From Clostridia bacterium (lineage in GTDB: Bacteria > Bacillota > DTU086): DNA of 64,000 bases. Position numbers and translations under genes: made by a program. Positions 53,487 to 63,758 of this stretch are shown piece by piece. Position 1 is the stretch's first letter, and each line of letters opens with the position of its first letter. Under the pieces are notes generated by a model that saw only the letters and a list, made by a program, of their open reading frames with translations, had not been told where the DNA came from and did no database searches. The stretch lies in the NCBI GenBank assembly GCA_012523575.1, contig JAAYIF010000025.1:128-64127 (forward strand), in the 5' to 3' direction.

Positions 53487-54508
53487 GAGCTTCTTCCTCC
53501 CAATCGAATCCGCGGATCTAAGTAGGCCACAATCAAATCCACAAGAATATTTACCAAAACGAAAATTAACCCAAAAACAATGATGACAGCGGAAATGGCG
53601 TTGAGATCCTTCCGCAGCATAGCTTCCATTCCGTAGCGGGAAATACCCGGCCAGTTGAAGATCACTTCCACCAAAAAGGCATTGCTCATCAAAGAGGCAA
53701 TGTCAAGCCCCATTACCGATACCGCAGGGATTAAAGAAGGCTTAAGAAGATACTTACCCGTAATTACATGATCGGGCATGCCAAATCCCACCGCTGCAGC
53801 CAGATAATCCTTACCCATGTTCTCCGTCATGGCAGAACGAACTATCCGTGCTTCCTGAAACAGAGGCCCCACGGCCAGAGCCAGGGCAGGTAAAATAAGG
53901 TGCTTTAAAGCATCAAAGAAAACGTCCAACTGCCCGGTCAAAAGGCTGTCTATGGTAATCAGCCCCGTTATGGTGGGAGGCGGCTGTATCCCCGCGCTCA
54001 GGCGTCCCAATACGGGAATAATCGGCCAGATATATCCAAAAAGAAGCAGAAAAATCACCGCCAGCACAAAGGAAGGAACGGCCACTCCCGTATACGCCAT
54101 TACTCTAATAAAGCTATCCACCCACGTATCCTTGTATCGGGCAGCCAGAGCTCCGAAAAAAATAGAAAAAACAATCACAAATAATGCCGACACAAGTACC
54201 AATTCCAGGGTTGCGGGAAGAAATTCCGCAATATCTTCCACCACATTTCGCTTAGTAATCAACGACTTTCCCAGATCCCCCGTGGCAACCCCTTTGATCC
54301 AATAGAAGTACTGAACGGGCAGGGATTTGTCAAGATGCATTTCTTCCCTCAGGGCATCCACGGCAAACTGAGGAGCCCTGGGTCCCAAAGCCAATCTTGC
54401 GGGATCCCCAGGAACCACCCGGGCAATAATGAAAATCACAATGGACAGTCCCAAAAGGACGAAAATTGAATAAAGAAGTCTTTTTATCACATAAGAGCTG
54501 AGTTTCAT
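53483..54508 (-). CDS. Peptide ABC transporter permease (OppB/DppB-like)
   Basis: PGDPA, GDLGKS, PATLEL, VEVIFNWPGI. Confidence 0.92.
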   Translation of the reverse strand: MKLSSYVIKRLLYSIFVLLGLSIVIFIIARVVPGDPARLALGPRAPQFAVDALREEMHLDKSLPVQYFYWIKGVATGDLGKSLITKRNVVEDIAEFLPATLELVLVSALFVIVFSIFFGALAARYKDTWVDSFIRVMAYTGVAVPSFVLAVIFLLLFGYIWPIIPVLGRLSAGIQPPPTITGLITIDSLLTGQLDVFFDALKHLILPALALAVGPLFQEARIVRSAMTENMGKDYLAAAVGFGMPDHVITGKYLLKPSLIPAVSVMGLDIASLMSNAFLVEVIFNWPGISRYGMEAMLRKDLNAISAVIIVFGLIFVLVNILVDLIVAYLDPRIRLGGRSS

Positions 54509-54552
54509 ATAACCACCCCATTCGCGTCTCCGGCATTAGCTACAAGAAAATC

Positions 54553-54590
54553 CGAGGGTGGCTTCCCCAAAGCCCTCGGGGAAACCACCC
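54553..54590. other. Intercistronic stem-loop between the solute-binding protein and permease genes
   Basis: GGGTGGCTTCCCC / GGGGAAACCACCC stem; overlapping alternative CCGAGGG / CCCTCGG stem. Confidence 0.55.
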
Positions 54591-54608
54591 CTTAAGAAAC
54601 CATAACAA

Positions 54609-56273
54609 TTACTGGGGAATCCGATCGGGATACACTTTGAAATCGCGGAAATAGAACATATATCCCATCACCGGAGTTACAGGCTCATCCTTTTTAATCC
54701 TTTCGGCAGCGGGCCACATTACGTAATCAGCCTGATATGCCCGCTTTTCAGCCTGATCAAAGGCCCAAATGGTGGGAGCCAGATCTACAATCTTCTTCTG
54801 GATGGCACCGTACTTAGGCAAACGCTCCTCAAAATTGATGGTGCCGATGGCATCCTCGATCATTGCATCCAGCTCCTTATCCTGCAGCCACTCGCACTGC
54901 TCCCATGTTCCCGTGGATTTTGAATGGTAACGGGATTCGAATATGGTACCCGCCTCACCGTAATGGGGTGAAACAAATACCAGGCTTGCATTGGGAGTAC
55001 TCTCGGGCTTAGCAATTTGATCCACAAAGGACAGCCATGGAACCTTCACAACATCCACGTTAATTCCCAGTTCCTGAGCGTTGGACTGGAGCATAAGGGC
55101 AACCTTTTCCTCATCGGGTACTTCCGCTATCCACGCCAGCTCCACGGTATATTGATCAAGACTTCCCGCATACTTGGACTTTGCCAGCTCCTCCTTGGCT
55201 TTCTCCAGGTTCTGCTCAAAGACGGTAAGATCCTTGCTGAAGCCCGGCAAACTCTCGGAAATTGGCCCCACAGTCTTCTTGCATCCCGGGAACAAGCTGT
55301 TTACCGCAGTATCATAATCAAAGAGGTATGTTAGGGCTTTGCGGAAATGCACATCATCAGTGGGTGCCTTTTTGGTATTGAGCATGATGTTGAGAATGGT
55401 ACCTGTAAAGGCAGCATTGACTTCCACACCCTCAATGTTGTCCAAAGCTTCAAGGGCTTCCTTGGTCTGCCACTGGTCTGTGATTTCCAGCTCCCTTCTA
55501 GTCATAAGGGTCCTAATGGTAGAAGGAGATGTGGTGCCAATGATCTTGAAAGCCTCGGGAGCATCTTCCTCCCAACCACCCCAATAATCATCAAACTTCA
55601 CTGCATAAAGGTATTCCTGCTTCTTCAGTTCCTTAACCATGTAGGGGCCGCTGCCCGCATCGTTGGTTATGAGCCATTCTTTACCGTAATCACCCATTTC
55701 ACCGTATGGCCCATCTCCCAGATTGGATACAACCTGCTCTTTGTTCAGAATATAAAGCCTTACCAGGGTCTGCAAAAACGGTCCAAAGGGTTTTTTCAGC
55801 TTAAACTGCACCGTATAATCATCAAGGGCCTTTACGTCCTCCACCACTTCTGTGAACAAATAGGCGTAGCCCTCTCCCATGGTAAGCATTCTCTCCATGG
55901 AGAAGACCACGTCTTCGGCGGTAAGCTCATCACCGTTGTGGAATTTAACTCCCTTTCTCAGGTTAAAGGTCCATGTGAGCCCATCGCTGCTGGTTTCCCA
56001 GTCGGTAGCAACCCAAGGTTTTACACTTCCATCGTGGTCCGGGAAAACCAAGGTATCGTAAATATTGACCAGGGCTATGGAACTGGCATAATCGGAACCC
56101 ACTCCGGGATCTATATTGGGAACATTGGCCTCACTGATGCGTATAATTCTTTCTCCCCCCTGGCTTGTTCCTTCCTGATCACCGCCTCCGCCGCATCCCG
56201 CAAGGACAACCGCTGTAAAAAATACCAGGGCGATCATCGCAGCCAGCTTTTTATGCTTAACAAGATTCCCCAT
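54609..56273 (-). CDS. ABC solute-binding lipoprotein, family 5 (peptide/nickel type)
   Basis: Lipobox LAGC, NIYDTLV, TFNLRKGVKFHNG..TAEDVVFS, GSGPY; ATG 56273. Confidence 0.92.
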   Translation of the reverse strand: MGNLVKHKKLAAMIALVFFTAVVLAGCGGGGDQEGTSQGGERIIRISEANVPNIDPGVGSDYASSIALVNIYDTLVFPDHDGSVKPWVATDWETSSDGLTWTFNLRKGVKFHNGDELTAEDVVFSMERMLTMGEGYAYLFTEVVEDVKALDDYTVQFKLKKPFGPFLQTLVRLYILNKEQVVSNLGDGPYGEMGDYGKEWLITNDAGSGPYMVKELKKQEYLYAVKFDDYWGGWEEDAPEAFKIIGTTSPSTIRTLMTRRELEITDQWQTKEALEALDNIEGVEVNAAFTGTILNIMLNTKKAPTDDVHFRKALTYLFDYDTAVNSLFPGCKKTVGPISESLPGFSKDLTVFEQNLEKAKEELAKSKYAGSLDQYTVELAWIAEVPDEEKVALMLQSNAQELGINVDVVKVPWLSFVDQIAKPESTPNASLVFVSPHYGEAGTIFESRYHSKSTGTWEQCEWLQDKELDAMIEDAIGTINFEERLPKYGAIQKKIVDLAPTIWAFDQAEKRAYQADYVMWPAAERIKKDEPVTPVMGYMFYFRDFKVYPDRIPQ

Positions 56274-56478
56274 GATTACTCTCCCTTCTGTATAGAATAA
56301 AAAACCGGTCAAAAATCCATTGCAGCCCTAATCCTTGGAGCTCACCCCCCCGTAAAACTAAATCATCAAATTTCACCACTTTACAGCACTAAACGACTTA
56401 AAACAAATACAATTTTAGTATCTTCGTTATTTAAGCAGTTTCAACCTTTATATAAAAAATACAAACATCTAAAAAAAA

Positions 56479-56497
56479 ATTGTCCAAAATGGACAAT
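56479..56497. promoter_or_regulatory. Candidate PucR-family operator
   Basis: Perfect inverted repeat ATTGTCCA-AAA-TGGACAAT (TTGTCC-N5-GGACAA) ~200 bp upstream of the SBP start. Confidence 0.6.
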
Positions 56498-56570
56498 CAG
56501 ATCGTGATTTTTCGTTATTTTTGCTATATATAATTAAAAGGAAGTTTCCATAGGGAAAATTTCTGTCATA

Positions 56571-57655
56571 TTATATCATAAATTCCCTTCCCAGGGCATC
56601 GGCGCCCAAAAGGGAATCTAGCACCATTTCCGGATTAACCGGGAAGGGCATATTGTGAATGGTTTCCTTTTCAGCACATGCAGCCTCCGCAGCCACCATC
56701 AATCTATCCCTTCCTGCATCCTTCAAACCCATCTGTTCCAACGTCACCGGAAGCCCTATGGAAATACAGAATTCAATTACTTCCTGAATTTCTTCCGGGG
56801 CACGGTCTTCCATCACCATTTGGGCGATAACGGCAAAGGCAACTTTTTCCCCGTGGTATAAATTTTTAGTTTCCTCAAGCCTGGTCAATCCGTTGTGTAT
56901 GGAATGGGCTGCCGCGAGGCCCCCGGTTTTACCGCTTAAAAGGATGTTGGCTTCAATCACCTTTTCCACCGCCGGGGTAACGGCATTGGCTTCAACGGCA
57001 AGCTTGGCTTCATACCCGTTTTCCAAGAGGGTTTCAAAGCATGCTTGGGCCATGGTCAGGGTGGTAACTGTGGAAAGTCCACCGGAAATATGTTCAGAAG
57101 TGCCCCTGTAAGCAGCTTCCGCTTCAAACTTAGCGGCCAGGGCATCTCCCATACCCGCCACCAAAAAGCGCACCGGAGCTTCGGCTATTATTCTGCTGTC
57201 TACAAGCACCACATCGGGATTTTTGGGAAGGTAAAGGTATTCCTCGAACTCACCTTCGGGAGTATAGATCACAGACAGAGCACTAACCGGGGCATTGGAT
57301 GATGCCGTGGTAGGAACGGTTATAACGGGAACGGACATGAAATGGGCTACGGCCTTAGCTGTATCAAGGGTTTTCCCGCCTCCGATTCCCACTATCACAT
57401 TAAAGTCTTCATCCCGCCCCTTTTTCACAAGGCGGTTGATTTCTTCTTTGGAGCACTCACCGTTAAATATTTCAAAAAAAAAAATTCAGTATCGTCCACC
57501 GCTTCCCTCAGACGCTGTTCCATAAGGGACATAACCCTTACGTCCACCACAGCCATAGTTTTTTCGCCAAGAATTTTTGCATACTTTCCCAATTCCATTA
57601 CAGCATTGGGTCCCTGGACGTATTTCGAAGGACTTTCTACGACTTTAACTGCCAT
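56571..57655 (-). pseudogene. gldA: Glycerol dehydrogenase split by a frameshift in a T11 homopolymer
   Basis: N-terminal ORF MAVKVVESPSKYVQG. T9 or T12 at 57474-84 restores F-E-IFNGECSKEEINRL joined to GIGGGKTLD, PTTASSNAP, AGMGDAL, AAAHSIHNG, HGEKVAF. Confidence 0.88.
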
Positions 57656-57779
57656 TAATTGCGCCTCCTTGTATCGTATGGATGATTGAACTGTTTAAAA
57701 AGTCCTTTTTGCTTTTTTTTATAATCCCACCATTTTTTTAAAATATTCTTTGAAATTTTACTTAAAATTACACAGATTA

Positions 57780-57957
57780 CTGATGAAGGGGACTTGCTGC
57801 AGTTTGCGAAACAACTTAACGAGCGCCGATTAAAACCGGGAGGCGCGAGCAGAAGGTGAGCGCCAGCCATTCTCTCGCACGGACCCAAATATGGGGCGGC
57901 CCGGTTTTAAACAGCATGAGTTCGCAAGTAAAGAAAACTGCAGCAGATGCCCTTTTA
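57780..57957 (+). mobile_element. MITE-like element copy 3, immediately downstream of the MFS gene
   Basis: TGCTGCAGTTTGCGAAAC...AAAACCGGGAGGCGC...GGGGCGGCCCGGTTTT...GAGTTC...AAAACTGCAGCAGA, colinear with copies 1 and 2. Confidence 0.75.
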
Positions 57958-59355
57958 TTATTCATCCTCTTCTTCCTCCCTGTATATATCCCCCCGGGCC
58001 AGGGAAGCAAAGATCCCTACGAAACAAAGGAACGCAAACATTAAATAGCAAAACTTGGAACTTTTTAGTAGCATTCCATGGGGAACCCGGGAAAGCTCCA
58101 CATTGCCCACAAAATGGGTCATAACAAGGGTCACAAGGCCCATGCTGATGCTCTGCCCCACCAGCCTCATGGTGGAAAGGGTAGAGGACGCAATGCCGTA
58201 ATACTTTTTCTCCACTGAACTCATTATTGCAATGGTATTGGGAGATGAAAACAGCGCCAGCCCCAGCCCCAAAAGCACCAGCCCCCCTTCCACCATAAGA
58301 AGGGGTGTATTTTTATCAATGAAATAAAATAAAACGATAGACAGGGTGGTAACGGCCATCCCGAAAGAAGCCACTTTTCTGGGCTCAATGTCGTCCGAAA
58401 GATTCCCCGCAATGGGCGAAAAAATCACCATCACCACGGGCTGGAACAGAAGAATCAAACCCGCCGTCTGGGACGAAAAACCCCGAACCAGCTGTAAATA
58501 CAGGGACAAAAGATATCCCACCGCAAAGGTGGAGCTGTAGTTGATCAGAGCGGCAAGGTTGGAAAAGGCAAAGGCGGGATTTTTAAAAAGGCTAAGATTA
58601 AAAAGGGGCATGTCTGCTCTCTGTTCAAACTTCAAAAAGAATCCCAGATTAACCAGCCCTAAAAGCATAAGGTACTTAGCCCATGGGGAAGAGGTAATAC
58701 CCGTAACCCCGTACATAAACAAAACAAGCCCCGCGGAATAAAGAATCGCCCCTGTCAAATCAAAGTTTTCTCCCTTTGCTCCTACCCATTCGCCTTTAAA
58801 CTTCAAAAAGGTTGAGGCTGCCGTAATACTTCCCATAAAAGCGGGAATATAAAAGATAGATTCCCAGCCGAAATAATGATTCAAAGCTCCCCCCAGGGAA
58901 GGTCCCGCAGACAGCCCTAAGTACACGGCAGCGGCATTTATCCCCAAAACCCTGCCCCGTTTCCAGGGAGGAAACACCGAAGTAAGGATGGCTATGGAAG
59001 TGGCAAATATCATGGCGCTTCCCAAACCCTGAAGCACCCGGAAAAAGATAAATACCCCGATGGAATGGGACAGGCTGCATAAAAACGAGGAAACGCTGAA
59101 AACAAAAAGGCCCATGGAAAAAATTTTTCTTCTGCCCATAATGTCAGAAATTCTCCCAATGGGCACCAAAAAGGCAGCGGAAGCCAAAATATAGCTGGTA
59201 ACCACCCAGCCCATGGTCAAAGCCCCGGCATTAAACACCCTGCCGATGGTGGGAACAGCCAGGTTAATGGAGCTGCCCATAAAGGCTGTCAAAAAAGAAG
59301 CAGTGGTTGAGGCTGCTAAAGAGTACCTCTCTATTTTTTCCTTTTCTCTTTCCAT
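57958..59355 (-). CDS. MFS transporter, 14-TM DHA2 (EmrB/QacA-like)
   Basis: GRISDIMGRRK (motif A), FRVLQGLGSAM, GPSLGG (motif C); ATG 59355. Confidence 0.9.
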   Translation of the reverse strand: MEREKEKIERYSLAASTTASFLTAFMGSSINLAVPTIGRVFNAGALTMGWVVTSYILASAAFLVPIGRISDIMGRRKIFSMGLFVFSVSSFLCSLSHSIGVFIFFRVLQGLGSAMIFATSIAILTSVFPPWKRGRVLGINAAAVYLGLSAGPSLGGALNHYFGWESIFYIPAFMGSITAASTFLKFKGEWVGAKGENFDLTGAILYSAGLVLFMYGVTGITSSPWAKYLMLLGLVNLGFFLKFEQRADMPLFNLSLFKNPAFAFSNLAALINYSSTFAVGYLLSLYLQLVRGFSSQTAGLILLFQPVVMVIFSPIAGNLSDDIEPRKVASFGMAVTTLSIVLFYFIDKNTPLLMVEGGLVLLGLGLALFSSPNTIAIMSSVEKKYYGIASSTLSTMRLVGQSISMGLVTLVMTHFVGNVELSRVPHGMLLKSSKFCYLMFAFLCFVGIFASLARGDIYREEEEDE

Positions 59356-59386
59356 ACTTTCACCTTCAAACAAACAGCATTGATCA

Positions 59387-59477
59387 TGCCCGTTTTGCCC
59401 ATAACACCGCGCCCAGAGCTGTCCGGCGTAAGTTCTGGATTAAGCAGACTGCCTCAGAACCCCTATGTCCAACAAGC
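59387..59477 (+). mobile_element. Half copy (right arm) of the MITE-like element, upstream of the MFS gene
   Basis: AGAGCTGTCCGGCGTAAGTTCTGGA matches copy 1 (AGAGCTGTCCGGCGTGAGTTCTGGA); ends TGTCCAACAAGC. Confidence 0.65.
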
Positions 59478-59599
59478 CGATATTAAAAGTGTACTCCTTT
59501 TACCGGCTGTTTTCAATTATTCATGTCCCAAAAACCAAGGGCCCATACTTTCGTTTCAGGGAAAACCTTTCCATAAAATTAATCAAAATCTGTATACCC

Positions 59600-60934
59600 T
59601 TAAACCGCCTTTACGGCCTGGTTTGCCGCAACCAGCAGAGGGTCCCAAACGGGGGAATAGGGCGGTGCATAGGAAAGGTCAAGCTCAGCCAGCTCAAATA
59701 CCGTTAGCCCCGCATATATGGCAGCAGCCGCCACATCAAGTCTTTTAGCCACCACATCTTCTCCAATTATCTGACATCCCAAAAGTCTGCCGCTTCCCTT
59801 TTCAAAGAGAAGGCACACCCTCATCTTTCCACCCCCGGGATATGCCCCCCTGGTGCGCACGTCTACCACACTTTTGCCCCAGGAAATGCCTTCCTCATCC
59901 AGCTGCCGGGTAAAAAGACCTGTGGCGCCAACGGTATAGTCAAAAATCTTAAATACCGACGTTTGATTTATGCCGTAAAAAGGTTTTTTGCCGTTTGGAA
60001 AAGCAATGTTGTGTCCCACAATCCTCCCCTGTTTATTGGCAGTGGTGCCCAAAGGCATATAGAGATTGCGGTCCAACACCCTTACATAATGCTCTGCACA
60101 GTCTCCGGCGGCAAAAACATTGTCCAGATTGGTTTCCAAATAGCTATTAACCTTAACAGCTCCCTTATACCCAATTTCCCCGCCGGCTTCCCTTATAATT
60201 TCCCCATTGGGTCTTACCCCCACAGCCGCTACTACAAAATCACAGGGTACCCTGCCCATGGAAGTATCCACGGCACTTCCGTCAAAAGAATTCACCTCCA
60301 CGGAGGTTACCACCACTACCCCTTTTTCCTTTAAATATTCCTCCGCTTTCTGTCTAATCTCAGGTTCATAGGAAGGAAGAATTCTATCCATCTTTTCCAG
60401 TACAACCACATCCATCCCCAGTTCCTTAAAAACATCCGCAAGCTCCAGATTAATAAATCCCGCTCCTATAAGGCATGCCATTTTGGGGTTTTCCTCATAA
60501 ATAAATTTTTTGACTCTCCTTAAATCATCAAGGGTTTTAAAATAAAAGGCATTGGGCAGATCAAAACCCCTCAAAGGCAGCCTGTTGGCCAAAGCCCCCG
60601 TGGCATAAACAAGATAGTCATATTCCTCTATATATTTCCTTGAATTCTCCCTATCGTAAACAACCACCCGCCCCTTTTGGGGTTCAATGCTTAAAACCTC
60701 TGAATAAAGCCTGTAGTCAATGCCCCGAACCTCTGTAATTTCTTTATAGGTAAGGGCATACAGGCTTTCCGGCGGCTTATCCTTCTGCAGAAGATTATAG
60801 GGCATTGCACACGCACCGTATGAAACATCCCCGGATTTTTCAAAAACCATTACCCGGGCCTCGGGCTTTCTCCGCTTTATGGTGCTGGCTGCAGTAAGGC
60901 CCGCAGCTGACCCTCCCACAACCACAACTTTCAT
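59600..60934 (-). CDS. CoA-disulfide reductase/NADH oxidase-family flavoprotein
   Basis: GGSAAG, SYGACAMPY (single redox Cys), GAGFI, AAGDCA, LGTTANKQG, YAPPYSPVWDP. Confidence 0.88.
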   Translation of the reverse strand: MKVVVVGGSAAGLTAASTIKRRKPEARVMVFEKSGDVSYGACAMPYNLLQKDKPPESLYALTYKEITEVRGIDYRLYSEVLSIEPQKGRVVVYDRENSRKYIEEYDYLVYATGALANRLPLRGFDLPNAFYFKTLDDLRRVKKFIYEENPKMACLIGAGFINLELADVFKELGMDVVVLEKMDRILPSYEPEIRQKAEEYLKEKGVVVVTSVEVNSFDGSAVDTSMGRVPCDFVVAAVGVRPNGEIIREAGGEIGYKGAVKVNSYLETNLDNVFAAGDCAEHYVRVLDRNLYMPLGTTANKQGRIVGHNIAFPNGKKPFYGINQTSVFKIFDYTVGATGLFTRQLDEEGISWGKSVVDVRTRGAYPGGGKMRVCLLFEKGSGRLLGCQIIGEDVVAKRLDVAAAAIYAGLTVFELAELDLSYAPPYSPVWDPLLVAANQAVKAV

Positions 60935-61079
60935 GATTTCCGGCTCCTTTCACAAATAGATGTTTTTTTAATTATAGCAAGGTTTAAGCAGGAAAATAAT
61001 TTTTTTTAAAGAATAGAGGGGGAATAAAGTGTTTAGCTGAATCCCTTTGTAAGTTCAGTAAAGAAAGGGGGCCGTCCCT

Positions 61080-61631
61080 ATGGTAAACGACGAAATCAAG
61101 CAGATTGCCAGCCGCATTCGGGAGCTTCGGGAGATTTTCGGCGTCTCAAAGGAAACCCTTGCCCGGGAGCTGGGCATTGACAAGGAGCAATATGCAGAAT
61201 ACGAAAGCGGCGAGGGGGATATACCCGTAAGCGTTCTTTCCATGATCGCCCAGCGCTTCGGTGTGGAGCTCAGCACCCTTCTTACCGGTGAAGAACCAAA
61301 GCTCCACACATACTGTGTTACCCGTAAAGGCAAAGGGGTATCGGTGGAAAGGAGAAAAGATTACAAATACCAGAGCCTTGCCCATAATTTCATCAACAAA
61401 AAGGCTGAACCTTTTTTGGTTACGGTGGAACCCGAGGACAGACCCATAAGCTTTAACAGCCATCCTGGCCATGAATTCAACTACGTTCTGGAAGGGACCC
61501 TAAAGGTGGTTCTGGGAGATTATGAAATAATCCTCAACGAAGGAGACTGCCTGTACTTCGATTCCAGCATTAAGCACGGAATGCAGGCATTGAATGGAAA
61601 ACCCGCAAAATTTTTAGCAATTATTATCTAG
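61080..61631 (+). CDS. XRE-family HTH-cupin transcriptional regulator
   Basis: IRELRE...YESGE HTH; HPGHEFNYVLEG...GDCLYFDSSIKH cupin. Confidence 0.9.
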   Translation: MVNDEIKQIASRIRELREIFGVSKETLARELGIDKEQYAEYESGEGDIPVSVLSMIAQRFGVELSTLLTGEEPKLHTYCVTRKGKGVSVERRKDYKYQSLAHNFINKKAEPFLVTVEPEDRPISFNSHPGHEFNYVLEGTLKVVLGDYEIILNEGDCLYFDSSIKHGMQALNGKPAKFLAIII

Positions 61632-61646
61632 GGAAGAGGTGTTAAG

Positions 61647-63314
61647 ATGCTTGAAAAATTCGTTTCCGGGCATTTCAGCTCTTACGAAGATTTCTACAAA
61701 AATTACAGGGTAAAGGTGCCCGAAAACTTTAATTACTCCTTTGACGTGGTGGATGAATGGGCGGAAAGGGAGCCCGGGCGGAAAGCCATAGTTTGGTGTG
61801 ATGAAGCCGGCCAAAGCCGGACTTTTTCTTTTTCCCAGCTTAAGGAATACAGCAATAAGGCGGCCAATTTCTTTAAATCCCTGGGCATCAAAAAGGGCGA
61901 CAGGGTAATGCTCATACTAAAAAGGCGTTACCAATTCTGGTACTGTCTTTTAGGCCTGCACAAAATAGGCGCCGTATGCATCCCTGCCACCCATCTCCTT
62001 ACCCCAAAGGATATTATCTACCGTAACAATGCGGCGGGCATTAAAATGATCGTTGCCGCTTCGGATCCCAGGGTTATGGAAAACGTAGAAAATGCCGAAA
62101 AAGGATCTCCTACCTTGGTCCATAAAGCCGTTATCGGAGGTGTGGCCAAAAAGGGCTGGATAGACTTTGACAGGGAAGTGGAAGCAGCACCCTCCCATTT
62201 TCAGCGCCCCACCGGGGAAGAAGCAACGGTAAATGACGACATCATGCTCCTTTACTTTACTTCAGGAACAACGGGGCAGCCCAAGATGGTCCAACTCAGC
62301 TTCACCTATCCCCTTGGGCATATCGTTACAGCCAAATACTGGCAGAATGTAAGGAACGGGGGACTTCACCTTACCCTTGCAGACACCGGGTGGGCCAAGG
62401 CGGCTTGGGGAAAAATCTATGGCCAATGGATTGCTGGAAGCGCCGTGTTCGTTTATGATTACGAACGTTTTGTTCCGGCGGATCTTCTAAAAATGATAGG
62501 CAAATACGGCGTAAACACCTTCTGTGCTCCCCCCACCGTATACCGCTACCTCATTCAGGAAAATTTGTCCCAGTATGACTTGGACGCCCTAGAATACTGC
62601 GTTGTGGCAGGGGAACCCTTAAACCCGGAAGTTTATTACCGATTCCTCAAAGGTACCGGAATACGCCTAATGGAGGGGTACGGTCAAACGGAAATGACTG
62701 TGGCCATTGGCACCTTCCCATGGATGGAACCCAAGCCCGGTTCCATGGGCAAACCCGCGCCGGGATACAGCATAGAAATAATCGACGAAGACGGAAACCC
62801 CTGCGAGGTGGGAAAAGTGGGGCAAATTGTGGTACGCACATCCCGTAACACGCCCCTGGGCATGTTCAAAGGCTACTACGGCGACAGAAAGCTTACGGAA
62901 AAGGTATGGCATGACGGAATCTATGAGACCGGGGACATGGCATGGATGGATGAGGACGGATACCTCTGGTTCGTAGGAAGAAATGACGATGTAATCAAAA
63001 GCTCCGGATACCGCATCGGGCCCTTTGAAGTGGAAAGCGCCCTTTTGGAACACCCTGCCGTTATTGAGTGTGCAGTAACGGGAGTACCCGACGAGCTTCG
63101 GGGACAGACAGTTAAGGCAACGGTGGTCCTGGCTCCCGGCTACACCCCAGGGAAAGAACTGGTTTTGGAGCTTCAAAAACACGTTAAAAAAGTAACGGCT
63201 CCCTATAAATACCCGAGGATCATTGAATTCGCAGAGGAACTGCCCAAAACCATAAGCGGAAAAATCCGCCGGGTTGAAATCAGGGAAAAGGACACAAAAA
63301 AATATAAAAGATGA
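61647..63314 (+). CDS. AMP-forming acyl-CoA synthetase (short/medium chain)
   Basis: [51 protein letters not shown]. Confidence 0.9.
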   Translation: MLEKFVSGHFSSYEDFYKNYRVKVPENFNYSFDVVDEWAEREPGRKAIVWCDEAGQSRTFSFSQLKEYSNKAANFFKSLGIKKGDRVMLILKRRYQFWYCLLGLHKIGAVCIPATHLLTPKDIIYRNNAAGIKMIVAASDPRVMENVENAEKGSPTLVHKAVIGGVAKKGWIDFDREVEAAPSHFQRPTGEEATVNDDIMLLYFTSGTTGQPKMVQLSFTYPLGHIVTAKYWQNVRNGGLHLTLADTGWAKAAWGKIYGQWIAGSAVFVYDYERFVPADLLKMIGKYGVNTFCAPPTVYRYLIQENLSQYDLDALEYCVVAGEPLNPEVYYRFLKGTGIRLMEGYGQTEMTVAIGTFPWMEPKPGSMGKPAPGYSIEIIDEDGNPCEVGKVGQIVVRTSRNTPLGMFKGYYGDRKLTEKVWHDGIYETGDMAWMDEDGYLWFVGRNDDVIKSSGYRIGPFEVESALLEHPAVIECAVTGVPDELRGQTVKATVVLAPGYTPGKELVLELQKHVKKVTAPYKYPRIIEFAEELPKTISGKIRRVEIREKDTKKYKR

Positions 63315-63409
63315 GAAAAATATTAAAGCATGTCTACCATTTATTAGTAGGAATATACCCCTTTACCGTTGAATAATAAAAAAAAGAACGGTGAAAGGGG
63401 GGTGCTGTC

Positions 63410-63631
63410 ATGGCATCAGCTGCCTGCCCAAAATGCGGTCATGAATTTTTCGAAATGCGAGAAGTTGAGCCAATGGGGCCTAAGACCCGATATGAAATTA
63501 TGTTTGTTTTCTGTGCCAAATGCGGGGCCGCCATAGGTACAGTGGACTGTATCAATCTGGGAAAACTTGCCGTTGAAATCCGGGAAAAGCTTGATGATAT
63601 CGAGCATAAGATAGATTACTTAATCAGATAG
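63410..63631 (+). CDS. Small CxxC-CxxC zinc-ribbon protein with a C-terminal coiled coil
   Basis: CPKC...CAKC, GGGGGTG RBS, terminator downstream. Confidence 0.65.
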   Translation: MASAACPKCGHEFFEMREVEPMGPKTRYEIMFVFCAKCGAAIGTVDCINLGKLAVEIREKLDDIEHKIDYLIR

Positions 63632-63647
63632 CGTATTAAAACCAGAG

Positions 63648-63670
63648 CGGGCACCTTCGGGTGCCCGTTT
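63648..63670 (+). terminator. Terminator with a cUUCGg tetraloop
   Basis: CGGGCACC-TTCG-GGTGCCCG-TTT. Confidence 0.75.
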
Positions 63671-63706
63671 CACCTTATAAAACAAAATCCCTTGCCTTCC
63701 CTCAAT

Positions 63707-63735
63707 TTGACAAGCCAGGCTGAAAAACCTATACT
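63707..63735 (+). promoter_or_regulatory. Near-consensus sigmaA promoter
   Basis: TTGACA-17-TATACT. Confidence 0.8.
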
Positions 63736-63758
63736 TAGGAATTGGAGGTGATTAATTG

